DNA of 64,000 nt from Octopus bimaculoides. Its lineage: Eukaryota. A program made the position numbers and the translations under genes. This document shows positions 14,878-27,827 of this stretch, piece after piece. Where the stretch lies: positions 95,746,435 through 95,810,434 of the forward strand of contig NC_068986.1 in assembly GCF_001194135.2 (NCBI RefSeq), in the 5' to 3' direction. Numbering within the stretch: the first letter of the stretch is position 1; each line of letters starts with the position of its first letter. Under the pieces are notes generated by a model, which was not told the DNA's origin, did not search any database, and was given only the letters and a program-made list of their open reading frames with translations.

Positions 14878-15720
14878 ATAGGTACAATAAATCAGGGGGA
14901 AAAAACAATATCTAAATAAACTTACATAAAGAGCAGAAAGAAATTTGATTAATTAATAAGTACTCAGAAGGACATAGGCTGTAAGGTGAAGGTGCTTTAC
15001 TATTAATAACCACATAGATGCCAGTGCTGCTTGACTGGCACCCGTGCCAGTGGCATGTAAAATGCACCCACTACACGCTTGGAGTGGTTGGCATTAGGAG
15101 GGGGCATCCAGCTGTAGAAACCTTGCCAAATCAGATTGGAGCCTGGTTCAGTTGCCTGGCATACCAGTTCTCAGTCAAACCACCCAATCCATGCCAGCAT
15201 GGATGTGTAGATGACCAACATGCTAAAAATGGCAGCTAAATCTCTCATTGTCTTGAAAAAACAATGACACTTTGGAGAATGTGTCTTGGAAAAGGACAAC
15301 ATTTTGGATAATGTGATTGTGGATGTATTATCGGAGAAAAGATGGGATGTCAAGACTAGAGTTCCTCTGGTCATAGATCTGCTAGATCAGGGCTAACCTA
15401 GCATTCAATAATAACACCAAATAAACATCACTATGTTTTGTCAAAAGATGTCAATAATCACACTTTTAAATGAATCATGTACAATGTTCTTCCAGCAAAC
15501 ATTGACCACCATGACAAAGATCTGATGAACCCAATGTGGAAGCATTTTTATGGTCACTTCATCTGCTAGAAATAGCAGACAAATCTCCCTCAAAACATAC
15601 TCTACCAACTTAAGAAAGTAAGAACATTTTCGATAATATAGCATATGATCTCAGGCCTGGTTGGTACCATAGCCAATACAAAAACTAAATCTATGGTGGA
15701 GAGACAATAACTGTATTTTA

Positions 15721-15984
<264 letters not shown>

Positions 15985-16070
15985 TCACCAAGGTAAAACA
16001 TGTAATAACACTTAATAGAAAATAGATGATAAGTTACATTTCTTTAAATAATTGTTTGTGTGTGAGTTTA

Positions 16071-16105
<35 letters not shown>

Positions 16106-18149
16106 ATGCATGCGTGTGTGTGTGTGTGTGTAGTGTTTAAGAACATTAGATCATTAAAGTATTTTATACATGCTTATAGTAAAGTGCATATGCCCATTAT
16201 GTATACACACCTGCACACATTTTTAATGAATATATATTCACACACAAATGCTTATGTACAGAATATGGACAACAAAATAGCATAGGTATGCATCTTACTT
16301 ATCTTCTGGGGTAGAGGTAATTAATTAATATTCAATGTAAAACATAGGTTGAAAGTTCAAATTGAAATGAAATTAAATGTTGTGTATTGTGTGTGTATAT
16401 GTATAGTTTTTTTTACATCTGTAGATGCACTTTGATGTTTAAATATCTCACCATACAATTATATTTATGCTATTACTAAATTTAAGTCAAAGTTGTACAT
16501 AAACTATAGAAATACAGATCAAAATGAAACTAAACACACATACTGTCATCTTCTAACCAACACCAGAGTATCATTAGAATGAAAGAAGATTTCTCCAGTG
16601 AAAAAGATTACTCTCTCTCTCTCTCTCTCTCACACTCACACACACACACAATGCCACTATAGATTTTAAACAGCCTGTTTTTTTTTCAACTAAGATTAGG
16701 TTGGGTAAGACTTACTGTGGCAATATTCTATGACCACAGGTCCTTTTCCACTCTAACTCTTATTTGTTTTCAAGTAGTATAGTATTTTATTCCTAGTGTT
16801 TCACAAATTGAACTGCCAGGTCATAGGACACACTGTTTAGAGTGGAACATAAAGAAACATTATTGCTGCCTAAGTAGTGCCAATGCAAAGATACACACAC
16901 ACACACTTACACATGCAGTACAGTCTTCCATACAGTTTCTGTCTACCAAATTTCACTCAGAAGGCATTGCTGAACCCATGGCTATGGTAGAAGACACTTG
17001 TCCACTGTGTCATGCAATAGGACCAAACATGAAACCATGTGGCTGCAAAGGAGCTTCTAAACCAAACAGCCATGTTTGCACTAATATATAAAGATGCATT
17101 GTGTGTGTGTGTGTGTGTGTGTGTTTGTGTGGTGGGGGACATACAAATGACATCTTCAAACTACCCCAAGTAAAAATCCAGAGGAAGACATATACATGGA
17201 AAGACTCACTCACCAGCTACCTATTTAAAACTGTATATGGTTATGATATATTCACACTTAGAGTTTGCTTCACCAGTCTGGAACCCCTACCTTCAATCTC
17301 CTGGAAACTGTTCAGAAACATCAAACTAGATGAATACTTGCCATCAGGTAGCTACCATACTCTAAATGTCTTGCTTCTCTGGGCATGGGCATGGACACAT
17401 TTAAGCTTTGATGTCTAGCAACCTACTTGGTAGAAACCCACAAGATTATCCACCATCTTTCCAACAACAACCTTGGGCACCTTATTGAACTCCACATCTC
17501 AAACACTCATTGACATGCTTACAAAATCCAAAAAAACAACACAGCACCCATGATTTTGTGAAACATTTTTTCATGCTCAGAATTGCTGAAACATGCAATA
17601 AACTACCCACATCAGTTGTTAGCTGTTGGGACACAACGTTCTTCAAAACTTCTATGCATCCTGAAAATCCCTAACACTACACCTAATGTCCCCACCCCTG
17701 GCTTTTTTTTATAACTTATTTATTGTTCACTTTCATGTCTTTTTGGACATTATTCTATGTAAGCTTATGAAAAATTCCTGTATTTATATGGTAGTACGTG
17801 CTACGTCTATAATCTGTCTATAAGTGAGGAAATGAAAGAGAAAACATATCTGATAAGTTGTAGTGCACCTGAGCACTGTATACAATATGTTCATCAATAG
17901 TATTTTAGTGTTTGAATAGCAGGAGCAAGGGAGATAACCTTCTTTGTTCTTAAAAGTTAAATTTTATATAGAAATTACTTAGATAGGTTCCGGCCGATGT
18001 TGGCCCAGGCCATGTCTAATTAAATAGCACCACCTGGAAGAGATACACAGTCAGCTCTTGGGCACCATAGCCCATTCAAGCAGAGACTTATTGTTTGCAG
18101 AGACATATCCAGGTGTTGGTGGTTTGTCTGGTATTTGTTGGAGGTAATC

Positions 18150-18320
18150 ATCTAAGGACCAATAATGATAAGGTTGCTGCTATCTCATCTGTTGGACTTC
18201 TAATTGCCAAAGGCAACACTCTCCATGGTACTGCAGAAGACATGGTTGAGATTCTGCAGATACAATACTACTCTGCTTTCAGCAATCCCAGTATTGTTAA
18301 CCTGGCCAACATATAGGAAA
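18150..18320 (+). mobile_element. Degenerate CR1-like LINE ORF2 fragment
   Basis: EDMVEILQIQYYSAFSNP resembles the pre-RT CR1 motif EMAEILNxQ(Y/F)xSVF. Confidence 0.4.
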
Positions 18321-18388
18321 AAAAACAAACACAGCACACCTTTTCTGGCACATCATTTCATGCCTTGGACATCATAACAGCTATTAGC

Positions 18389-18588
18389 AAAATAGAGAAG
18401 AGATGTTAAAATGTAAGAGAATTTTAATTCATGCAGACGATCGTTTCGAACAGCGATATAAAAATCAGGCAAATTCATGGCTGAATTTCTTTTCAACCAT
18501 GAATTTGCCCGATTTTTATATCGCTGTTTGAAATGATCGCCCTTCATGAATTAAATTTCTCTTACATTTAAACATCTCTCTCCATTTT
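18389..18588. repeat. 200-bp fold-back (97-bp inverted arms, 6-nt loop)
   Basis: 18389-18485 is the reverse complement of 18492-18588 with about 11 differences by manual alignment. Confidence 0.9.
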
Positions 18589-18661
18589 TAACAAATTTGC
18601 TGAGTTTTATGGGATTCCTTTCCATTAATTCACATAACACACTATATATAAATATATATAT

Positions 18662-19013
18662 ACATCATCATCATCGTTTAACGTCCGCTTTCCATGCTAG
18701 CATGGGTTGGACGATTTGACTGAGGACTGGTGAAACCGGATGGCAACACCAGGCTCCAATCTAATTTGGCAGAGTTTCTACAGCTGGATGCCCTTCCTAA
18801 CGCCAACCACTCAGAGAGTGTAGTGGGTGCTTTTACGCGTCACCCGCATGAAAACGGCCACGCTCGAAATGGTGTCTTTTATGTGCCACCCGCACAAGAG
18901 CCAGTCCAGGGGCACTGGCAATAATCTCGCTCGAAAATCCTACAAAGGCCAGTCAGGCAGTACTGGCAACGATCTCACTTGGCCTGCCAGGTCTTTTCAC
19001 GCACAGCACATTT
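18662..19013 (-). mobile_element. RTE LINE 3' fragment
   Basis: (CAT)n end, and its distal end TTTTCACGCACAGCACATTTCC matches the end of the RT ORF at 38954. Confidence 0.85.
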
Positions 19014-20237
19014 CCCTATATATATATTACAGTGAGTTTCTGCACAATTTCTGTCTACTAAATTTACTTACAAGGTATTAGTTGGGTATGAGGTATAGTA
19101 GCAAACATTTGACATAGGTGCTACACAGTGCAATGGAACTGAATTCAAAACTACATGGTCGCAAAATGAACTTCTTAACCATACAGCCATACTATACAGG
19201 ATATATTTTAGCCAACACTGTATGTAACAGACAAATGTACAAGTCCTCTCTCTCACTCTCTCCGAGTGTGTAGGGTGATGAAATCAACGTGGTTGAATTC
19301 CACCTGAACATCAGCAGGTATATGTTCACAGGAAAAAAATGTGAGCTGAGAGTGTGGTGCAACTGCTTGTAATATCACGAATTTCATTAGGCACACCCAT
19401 GGACCAGATAGGGTGTCAATCTAAGCAGTATGTAACACCTACCAACTGTGTGCTATAATCAACAAGTGAAGAATTTAAATTTCAATTAGTTACATCTTAT
19501 CAGCTTCAGTGTCATTTGAATCACGCAGGTTTTCTCACAAATTGTTTATATCAGTTAATATTTAAAATAAATAATCTAGTGGCATAGATTTGGCAATTAA
19601 TGTCCAAAAAATATATAATTATCTAATTAGAGATCTTACAAATTTATTCTAGGTAAGAAATCTCTCAATCAAGAATAATTTAGGGGTCATAAACACTACA
19701 GAGAAATTCTGGTTTGGTTACTGAAGAACCATAGTTTCAACCAAGCCTGAGTTTCATAAAGTTCCTGTGTAGGGTGCAACTATGACTGTAACCACACAGC
19801 CATGCTTGCACACTGAGATCAATCTCATGTCTTCTACCATAGCTTCAGTTTATTTAATGTGTCGTGAGTGAAATTTGGTAGATGATAAAGCTTCAAAAAA
19901 GTTACTGATTAATGTCAAACAAAAATATCTTGTACGACTTATTCCATCCAACTCTCTCTCTCACACACACACACACACGCACATATGCATGCACGCGCGC
20001 ACGCACACATCTCACTATCAGAAATCAGAAATGTAAAGAAACTGATTATCTCATTGGGAAACTGTTCACAAAATATATGATCTAAAATCAAATAAAAATC
20101 TTCGAATGTCTTCTTAGTCATATCATGTAATCTTATATAAAATTCTTGTATTTAAATGGTAGTATATGCTATGTCTATAATGTGTGTATAAGTGAGGAAA
20201 TGAAAGAGAACTGTGCTCTTTGAATAAGTAACAGTAC

Positions 20238-20392
20238 CTGGGTGTTGTACCAGTGAGAGGTTTCCGTGTTGCTCGAAAGGTCACATAAGCTGTGATGATG
20301 GAGAAAATCAACCAGATGATAATGAAACGGACCCAATGGTATTTGATGGAGAATAGCACAGGTATCAACCACATTCCTATCAAGGTGGCTCT
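20238..20392 (-). CDS. RNF121: RNF121 exon 4: RATLIGMWLIPVLFSIKYHWVRFIIIWLIFSIITAYVTFRATRKPLTGTTP(R)
   Basis: 155 nt, tag acceptor, GTACTG donor; RATRKP...TTPR motif. Confidence 0.95.
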
Positions 20393-23332
20393 CTACAGTG
20401 GTATAAAAAAATTAGTCACTGGTTAGGATAAATAAGGTGAAGACAAGACAGATTGGATACAACAGAACAGACAGGAATAAATAAGAGAGCAAGGTAAATT
20501 AAATGATATATGACTGAAAGGGTGGGGGAATAGATTAGTATAAATGGAATAGGAAATAGAGGCTAGGAATAAGTTAAATAAGATGGAAACAAGGAAACAA
20601 GTGAGATAAGATGAGGATATGTTAGATGGGATGGAGACAATTGAGAGACAATAGGGACAAACTAGAAATGGAGGGGAAAACTAGGTGGTATGAGAACAAA
20701 TTAGATAGGATGGGGCCATATTAGATGAAATAAGTAAGATGAGACAGTGAGAAAAGATTAGATGGAATAGTTTAAATTTAATGTGACAGAAGATTGGACA
20801 AGAAAGAACAAGGTAAGTGGAACAGACAGAAGGAGAGGAGACGGTGGAGGATGGACAGACAGAGAAGACATGCTGGTGGCCAGACATACAAAGAGACCAT
20901 ATTGGAGGACAGAGATATAGAGAGGAGAGACAAAGAAGACATACAGGCTCAGAACATTGAAGAACAGAAGACATATTAGAGGGCAAATACACAGAGTACA
21001 TGCTGAATGTTAGACTAAAAGTACACACAAAGAATAGAAACAGAAATGAAGTCAGACATACAGGTTGATTCAAAAACAAAGAGAATTAAATATATGTATC
21101 ATGTCACAGCATTTATTACACAATATTTATTGCCACATAGTATTTTGATGTCATATGCAGTACATATAAAGTCAAACACAGAGTTTATAATGTCACAGTA
21201 TGTGTCATGTCACACATGGTACAAGTTTTGTTATATAAAACACTTATCATGCTGTATGCAATATTATGCCACAATAGTTAACATATCACAATATTTATAA
21301 AGTAAAACAGAATTTATTATGTTACACACAGTATTTATCATATATAATACAGTATTCACAGTATAGTAAAAGAAAAAAAATTATTATTGTAGACAAAAGG
21401 CAAAATTATAGTTAACCAAATCAAACAAACATAGTTAAAATATTTAGCTAATTAAGCAGGTGGCCTTCAGCATATAATATAGGAAGGTTTACAGACCCAA
21501 GAGCTCAATGCCTCCAATAAGTTTAAGAACTTGTAACCAGTAAGATACTATGGTACCTAAATCATTCAGACATTTCACCAGTCATCAACTGTCTGTCTTG
21601 CTGTCTTTCTCTCTCTCTAAGCATAATATTTATATCTAAGAAATGTCATTTATTCCTCATTATTTTTCTTTTGATAGCTAAATTTGTCTTCAATGAATTG
21701 AAACTTTAAGCAGGTTTTTCAACCACAAAGTGCTCTATTAGGATTAAGGGCTCCATCTAAGTCTATCCAATATAGAAGTGGCTGTTACAAAAATGATGAC
21801 GGTTGCACAAATTCAGTCTCTTCATACAGATGTCTCATGGCCAAATATGGCACTTGATTTCCAAATGTTATTAAATGATTACAAATTTACCTTTTCCTAT
21901 GCAGTGAAAAAAGAAATGATAATAACCATAACCCTTTTCGGGGCCTCTGAGGCTAATAGACACAAGTTATCCTTAGACTGAGTTTCTTGCCTGGTAGTTA
22001 CAACAAAATGGATTCTGCTAAGGCACTCAAGATTCAGGTGGGGTGTTAAACCAGTGCCAACCCCACCAAGAATAACAATAGTCCTTTGAATTAGCTTCCA
22101 AGCAGTTTCCATCAACTAAATTTCATTTACAAGGCATTGCTTAACCTGAGGCTATAGTAGAAGACACTTACCCAAGGTAGCATGCAATGGGGTTTGTGCA
22201 GAAACCGAGCAGTTGCAAAGTGAATTTCTTAAATAAAGAACCATGCCTGCACCCACTAAATTTTATCACCAACAACAGTAACAACAAACAATCCTTAAGT
22301 CTAAGAGGAAGCCTCTATGTGGTCACTTGACTTGCTAGAAACAACAGCAAATTTCCCTCAAATCAAACATTACTATCTTAAAAAAAGGAAAGGGTACATT
22401 AGATTATGCAGTCTTAATATACTATGTCTCTGATAAAAAGAAAAGATGGTCACACCTGGCACATCTTTGATTACAGGTCAGCTGTATTAAAGTTAACTTG
22501 AGGTTAAATAACAAATATTTTCCTGTACATTTTAATGCTTTATTGGAATGGAAAAGTTTGCAAACCTTGAAGACTTGAAACAAGATCAACAGGAGATTTG
22601 GAAAAGATCCTTCAAGATACTAACATCAAGGATGAGAAATGAAAAAAAAAAAAAAAAGAAAAGGTTTCTGGTCTCAAAATAACAATTATGTTGGGTCAAG
22701 ACAGACTTACTCATGTAGTCTAGTGAGCATTATTTAAAAAAATGGAGAACTGATTGACTCCCACTTCTCTTCTTAGGACAAGACTTTACTCAAGGCACAG
22801 TACTGGCCATCATTTTAGGCAATATAAGCACTAGTACTAGAATGAATTAAATGTATAGGAGGCCCTGGAATATTTTGAAGAGAGACATGTTTAATGAGAC
22901 AATATGGAAATTATTTTCAACAGACTAAGGAAACAACAATGAACAAACAAAACCAAACATTCTAAAAATAAATAGCAATAGATCTGCAATGTTAAATATT
23001 TAAAAGAAAGATTTTAAAAAATGGAAGTAAAGAAAGCAATCTAGAAGAAATATTAAAACCTTTTTGATACCATCTCCACCTCACCTAAGATTACCTCTGG
23101 TTTACAGATATAAAACTGTTCACATTTGAATTAAAACCTTTCATTAATAATTTATGTAAGAAACTTCTGTTATGTTCCTAATATCAGATTAATAAACTAA
23201 ATAATGAAAATGTTATTTTACTAAATCTTCCCAATTTCTTGGTTACTTTCAAAATTAATTAAAACATATAAGCAAAATATTTCATTAGCAATATGGCAAG
23301 TAAACGGTTAAGAGAGAAGAGTAAGATATAAC

Positions 23333-23474
23333 CTGATATGATTTGAAGTGACGTTTCTTCCACTGCATGAGGATGATCTGTGCAATACCAAGGGTGACCA
23401 ACAGGATAAGCACCATCTCTGCGTGCATTGCTTCATGGCCACGGTGTTTTTCATGTAGCCTCTGGTGTTCAATT
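23333..23474 (-). CDS. RNF121: RNF121 exon 3: (R)IEHQRLHEKHRGHEAMHAEMVLILLVTLGIAQIILMQWKKRHFKSYQ
   Basis: 142 nt, aag acceptor, GTTATA donor; KHRGHEAMHAEMVLIL is the RNF121 signature. Not in the ORF track. Confidence 0.95.
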
Positions 23475-24170
23475 CTTCGACAGAAGAAACAAAATGCCTG
23501 ATATTAATTTAGGGTTTAATGTCAGGCATTTTGTTTACAGATTTTCTTTTTTCATTAAATCTCTGACATTACAAAACACATTTTAATTGAAACATGAAAA
23601 CCAAGGATAACTTTGGATGATAGAATGTGATGAATTAACTGTCCTTCTCTCCCCATTGTCTGCAAAATGCTATTTAACCTGACTTTGGAAATCTGGCTTC
23701 ATGTCATCAAGACGGTTCATTATAACATTGAGAATTTACTAAACCATGCTGTTAAATATTAAATGTAATGAAAACTATTCTTAAATTACAAGACTGTATT
23801 TATAATATGCATACATTTTTATACACAGACACATATGCACATAAATACACCCATATGCATGCATACATATACTGGCAATACTAATTTGACTAGGACTTCA
23901 AGTTTTACCTTTAACATCTTATTCAACCAGGTAAAACTTGAAGTTCCAGTCAAATCAACATTATCAATAAATTTTACTCTACTAAATGTTTAGAGTATAT
24001 ATCTACATTATATATCATACACACACACACACACACACATATATATAAACATACATTTATATGTATATACATATGTATATATATATACATATATCTACAT
24101 ATGTAAACATACATCTATATGTATAAACATATATTACATATATATATCTACATATGTAAACATATCTATA

Positions 24171-24527
24171 TGTGCTGGTGGCACGTAAAAAGCACCTACT
24201 ACATTCTTGGAGTGGTTGGCATTAGGAAAGGCATCTAGCTGTAGATATTTTGTCAGATCAGATTGGAGCCTGGGACAGCCCCCTTCTGGCTTGACAGTCC
24301 TCAGTCAAACCATCCAGCTCATGCCAGCATGGAAAGCGGACGTTAAACAACGACAACAATCATCATCATCATCATCATCATCATCGTTTAATGTCCGCTT
24401 TCCATGCTAGCATGGGTTGGACGATTTGACTGAGAACTGGCGAAACCGGATGGCAACACCAGGCTCCAATCTAATTTGGCAGAGTTTCTACAGCTGGATG
24501 CCCTTCCTAACGTCAACCACTCTGAGA
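24171..24527. mobile_element. Two RTE 3' fragments tail-to-tail (plus 24171-24360, minus 24361-24527)
   Basis: Both match the RTE 3' UTR family and meet at the (CAT)n tract. Confidence 0.85.
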
Positions 24528-24535
24528 TGATGATG

Positions 24536-24575
<40 letters not shown>

Positions 24576-24601
24576 GTATAAACATATTATATATACATAT
24601 A

Positions 24602-25346
24602 TGACATAAATATGAGGGTGGGCTGAAAAGGTCAAAGGCTGACTATGAAGGGGTGAAATCTTGCATGCATTCATTTCAATTCTTAATAACTGCATTGTTT
24701 CTTTCCAGGTAAACTGACATTTCACTGTTTAAACAAGACTTCAAATGTAATAAGTAGTGATTTCTCTAGAAAATGAACAAAATTTAGCAAGGACCTGTAG
24801 AAAAAGATTTTCTCTCCTAAGGACATTCATGCTGACAAGGTTGCTGAATTAGGGGATGACACTCCAGTTTTATCAACAGTGAGCAGCTTAATTTAGGAGG
24901 GATAGAGAGAATCTTGACGATGACCCAAGGTCTGGGCGTCCTGCACCTACCACCTCTGAGGAAAATATTGATTGTCCTCGCTACATGGTAATGAATGACA
25001 GGTGATTGACTATGAATTGAATAGCCAATGCTATTAGTATATCCTGTGTGGGAGTTGAGAATATTCTGCACAATAAACTTGGCATTAAAGGTTTTTGCTC
25101 GGTAGGTGTCACATCTGACACCGGATCAAAAGATCACCAGGCCGATCAAATCATGGGAAAATCTAACATTGATTGAGGCAGATCCAGCTGGTTTCCTTGA
25201 ATGTTTACTAAGCCAAGATGAGTGTTGGGTTCATCACTTTGAACCAGAAACAGACAATCCATGCAGTGGAAACACCCCTCCTCATCTGCTCCAAAGAAGG
25301 CCAATGTCGTTTCATTAGCAGTGAAGGTGATGGCTCCAGTTTTTTG
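24602..25346 (+). mobile_element. Degenerate mariner transposase remnant
   Basis: Translates piecewise to DDPRSGRP, ...VSHLTPDQK (WVPHxL motif) and DECWVHHFEPET (first catalytic D); stops and frameshifts; truncated. Confidence 0.75.
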
Positions 25347-25387
25347 AGATATATATATAAACATGTATACATATATACATACATATA

Positions 25388-26220
25388 CAGGGTGCTGTGA
25401 ATAAATTGTCTAAATTACACAAAAATGAAAATAACACTGACATCTCATTTTAACAGATATATTTACCAAAATTACATAAAAATATCTTGAAATACTAAAA
25501 AGTAAATTTATTCAATAAAATTGCCATTGGCTTCAACCACTGGATGGTCTCCTTGTTTAAGTTGGTGAATGCTGCTATAATCCTTGCCTTCAGTTCTTCT
25601 TTGGTGTTACAAAGAGTTTTGTTGGTCTCTCACTCAACTGCGCTCCACACATAATAATCAAGAGGGTTGCAGTCTGGGGAGTTAGGTGGCCAGATGTTAG
25701 GGGTGATGTGGTCACAGAAATTGTCTGACAGCCATGACTGGGTTCTCTTGCTTGTGTAGCACGGTACAAAGTCCTGTTACCACACATAGGGTCTTCAAGC
25801 AGCCACCCTCTTGACTCAGGTCAACACTACCTCCTCCAGGCACTTGATGTAGGCCTCTGTGTTGAATCTGAGGCCGTATGGGAAGATGAATGGAGGCATA
25901 ATGTCACCATCACTAGTGATCACTCCAAATACCATGATGTTGACTGGATGTTTGATTTTTATCACTCTTGGTACATGTCCTCAGATTGACACCCAGACAC
26001 TCTGAAATGTTTGTAATGGAGATTCCGGCATGAATGCCAAGCAGTACAGCATGTTGTTTCCAAATTTCTGGCAGAGTGACTTCCATCATGGTGCTGTTTT
26101 TCTCACAGATGGTGCCCAACCAACCCTACTATACTGTGTAGCTGACAAAATCAAAAACAAACAATGTGCATGCAGGAAATTAAAAATATAAAATGGCGAT
26201 AATTTACCCATCACACTCTG
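25388..26220 (-). mobile_element. Tc1/mariner DD37D (maT-like) internally deleted element, copy 1
   Basis: TIRs CAGGGTGCTGTGAATAAATTGTC / GATAATTTACCCATCACACTCTG, TA flanks; colinear with 48387-49273. Confidence 0.85.
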
Positions 26221-26416
26221 TATATATACACACACACATATATATCAAACATATATATATATAACATATATATATATACATATGTTTATACACATACATA
26301 CACATACACATATGTATACACACACACATGCATGCATATGTATACACACACACATCATCATTATCATCATCCTTTAATATCAGTTCTCCATGCTGGCATG
26401 AGTTGGATAGGGCAAT

Positions 26417-26447
<31 letters not shown>

Positions 26448-26458
26448 CATATATATAA

Positions 26459-26505
<47 letters not shown>

Positions 26506-26609
26506 NNNNNNNNNNTGAAACACACATATACACACATATATATATATATATACATATACACATATATATACACATATATACATATACATACTCATATACA
26601 CATATATAC

Positions 26610-26650
<41 letters not shown>

Positions 26651-27022
26651 CACACACGCACATACAAGTGGCTAAATATGAATACAACTGTTGTATACTT
26701 ATATTAAATATAGTAATACAAATAAACATCAGTCTTTGTATTTCTCCATAGACATAAAAAAAAGTGAATGTCTGACTCGAGTTTCGACTCTAATTGGAGT
26801 CTTCCTCAGAGACCATGTACATCTCATGCTGTCCACGAAGAAAGAAACAACTAATGGCATTATAAGCTCACTAAATATTAGTAGCATCAATGCTAATTTG
26901 CATAATACTAATATGTAACTAGTAGCTTGTTCAGTTAATTACTAAACTGTGCATTGAACATATGAGCTGTAGGATGAATATGTAGCTGAACTGAAATAGC
27001 ACAAGATTTAACCAAAGTTATG

Positions 27023-27055
<33 letters not shown>

Positions 27056-27481
27056 NNNNNNNNNNNNNNNNNNNNNNNNNNNNNNNNNNNNNNNNNNNNN
27101 NNNNNNNNNNNNNNNNNNNNNNNNNNNNNNNNNNNNNNNNNNNNNNNNNNNNNNNNNNNNNNNNNNNNNNNNNNNNNNNNNNNNNNNNNNNNNNNNNNNN
27201 NNNNNNNNNNNNNNNNNNNNNNNNNNNNNNNNNNNNNNNNNNNNNNNNNNNNNNNNNNNNNNNNNNNNNNNNNNNNNNNNNNNNNNNNNNNNNNNNNNNN
27301 NNNNNNNNNNNNNNNNNNNNNNNNNNNNNNNNNNNNNNNNNNNNNNNNNNNNNNNNNNNNNNNNNNNNNNNNNNNNNNNNNNNNNNNNNNNNNNNNNNNN
27401 NNNNNNNNNNNNNNNNNNNNNNNNNNNNNNNNNNNNNNNNNNNNNNNNNNNNNNNNNNNNNNNNNNNNNNNNNNNNNNNNN

Positions 27482-27746
27482 TATATTAGAAAAAAATAAG
27501 GTACTCAGAGATCTGGATGGTTGTACATTTACAGATTTTTATTAATATGTCACATGTTTTTTATAAATCATATATTAGCCCTTGCATCTATTCTAGTACA
27601 ATCTCCAGATTCTACTAGATTCTGGAGATTCTACTAGAATAGATGCAAGGGCTAATATATGATTTATAAAAACATGTGACATGTTAATAAAAATCTGTAA
27701 ATGTACAACCATCCAGATCCCTGAGTACCTTATTTTTTCTAATATA
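27482..27746. repeat. ~265-bp palindrome (~128-bp arms, 11-nt loop) abutting an assembly gap
   Basis: 27482-27609 is the reverse complement of 27621-27746 with about 5 differences. Confidence 0.9.
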
Positions 27747-27791
27747 TAATACCTGTACATTATCTCCAAACCTTCTAATATATATATATAC

Positions 27792-27827
<36 letters not shown>

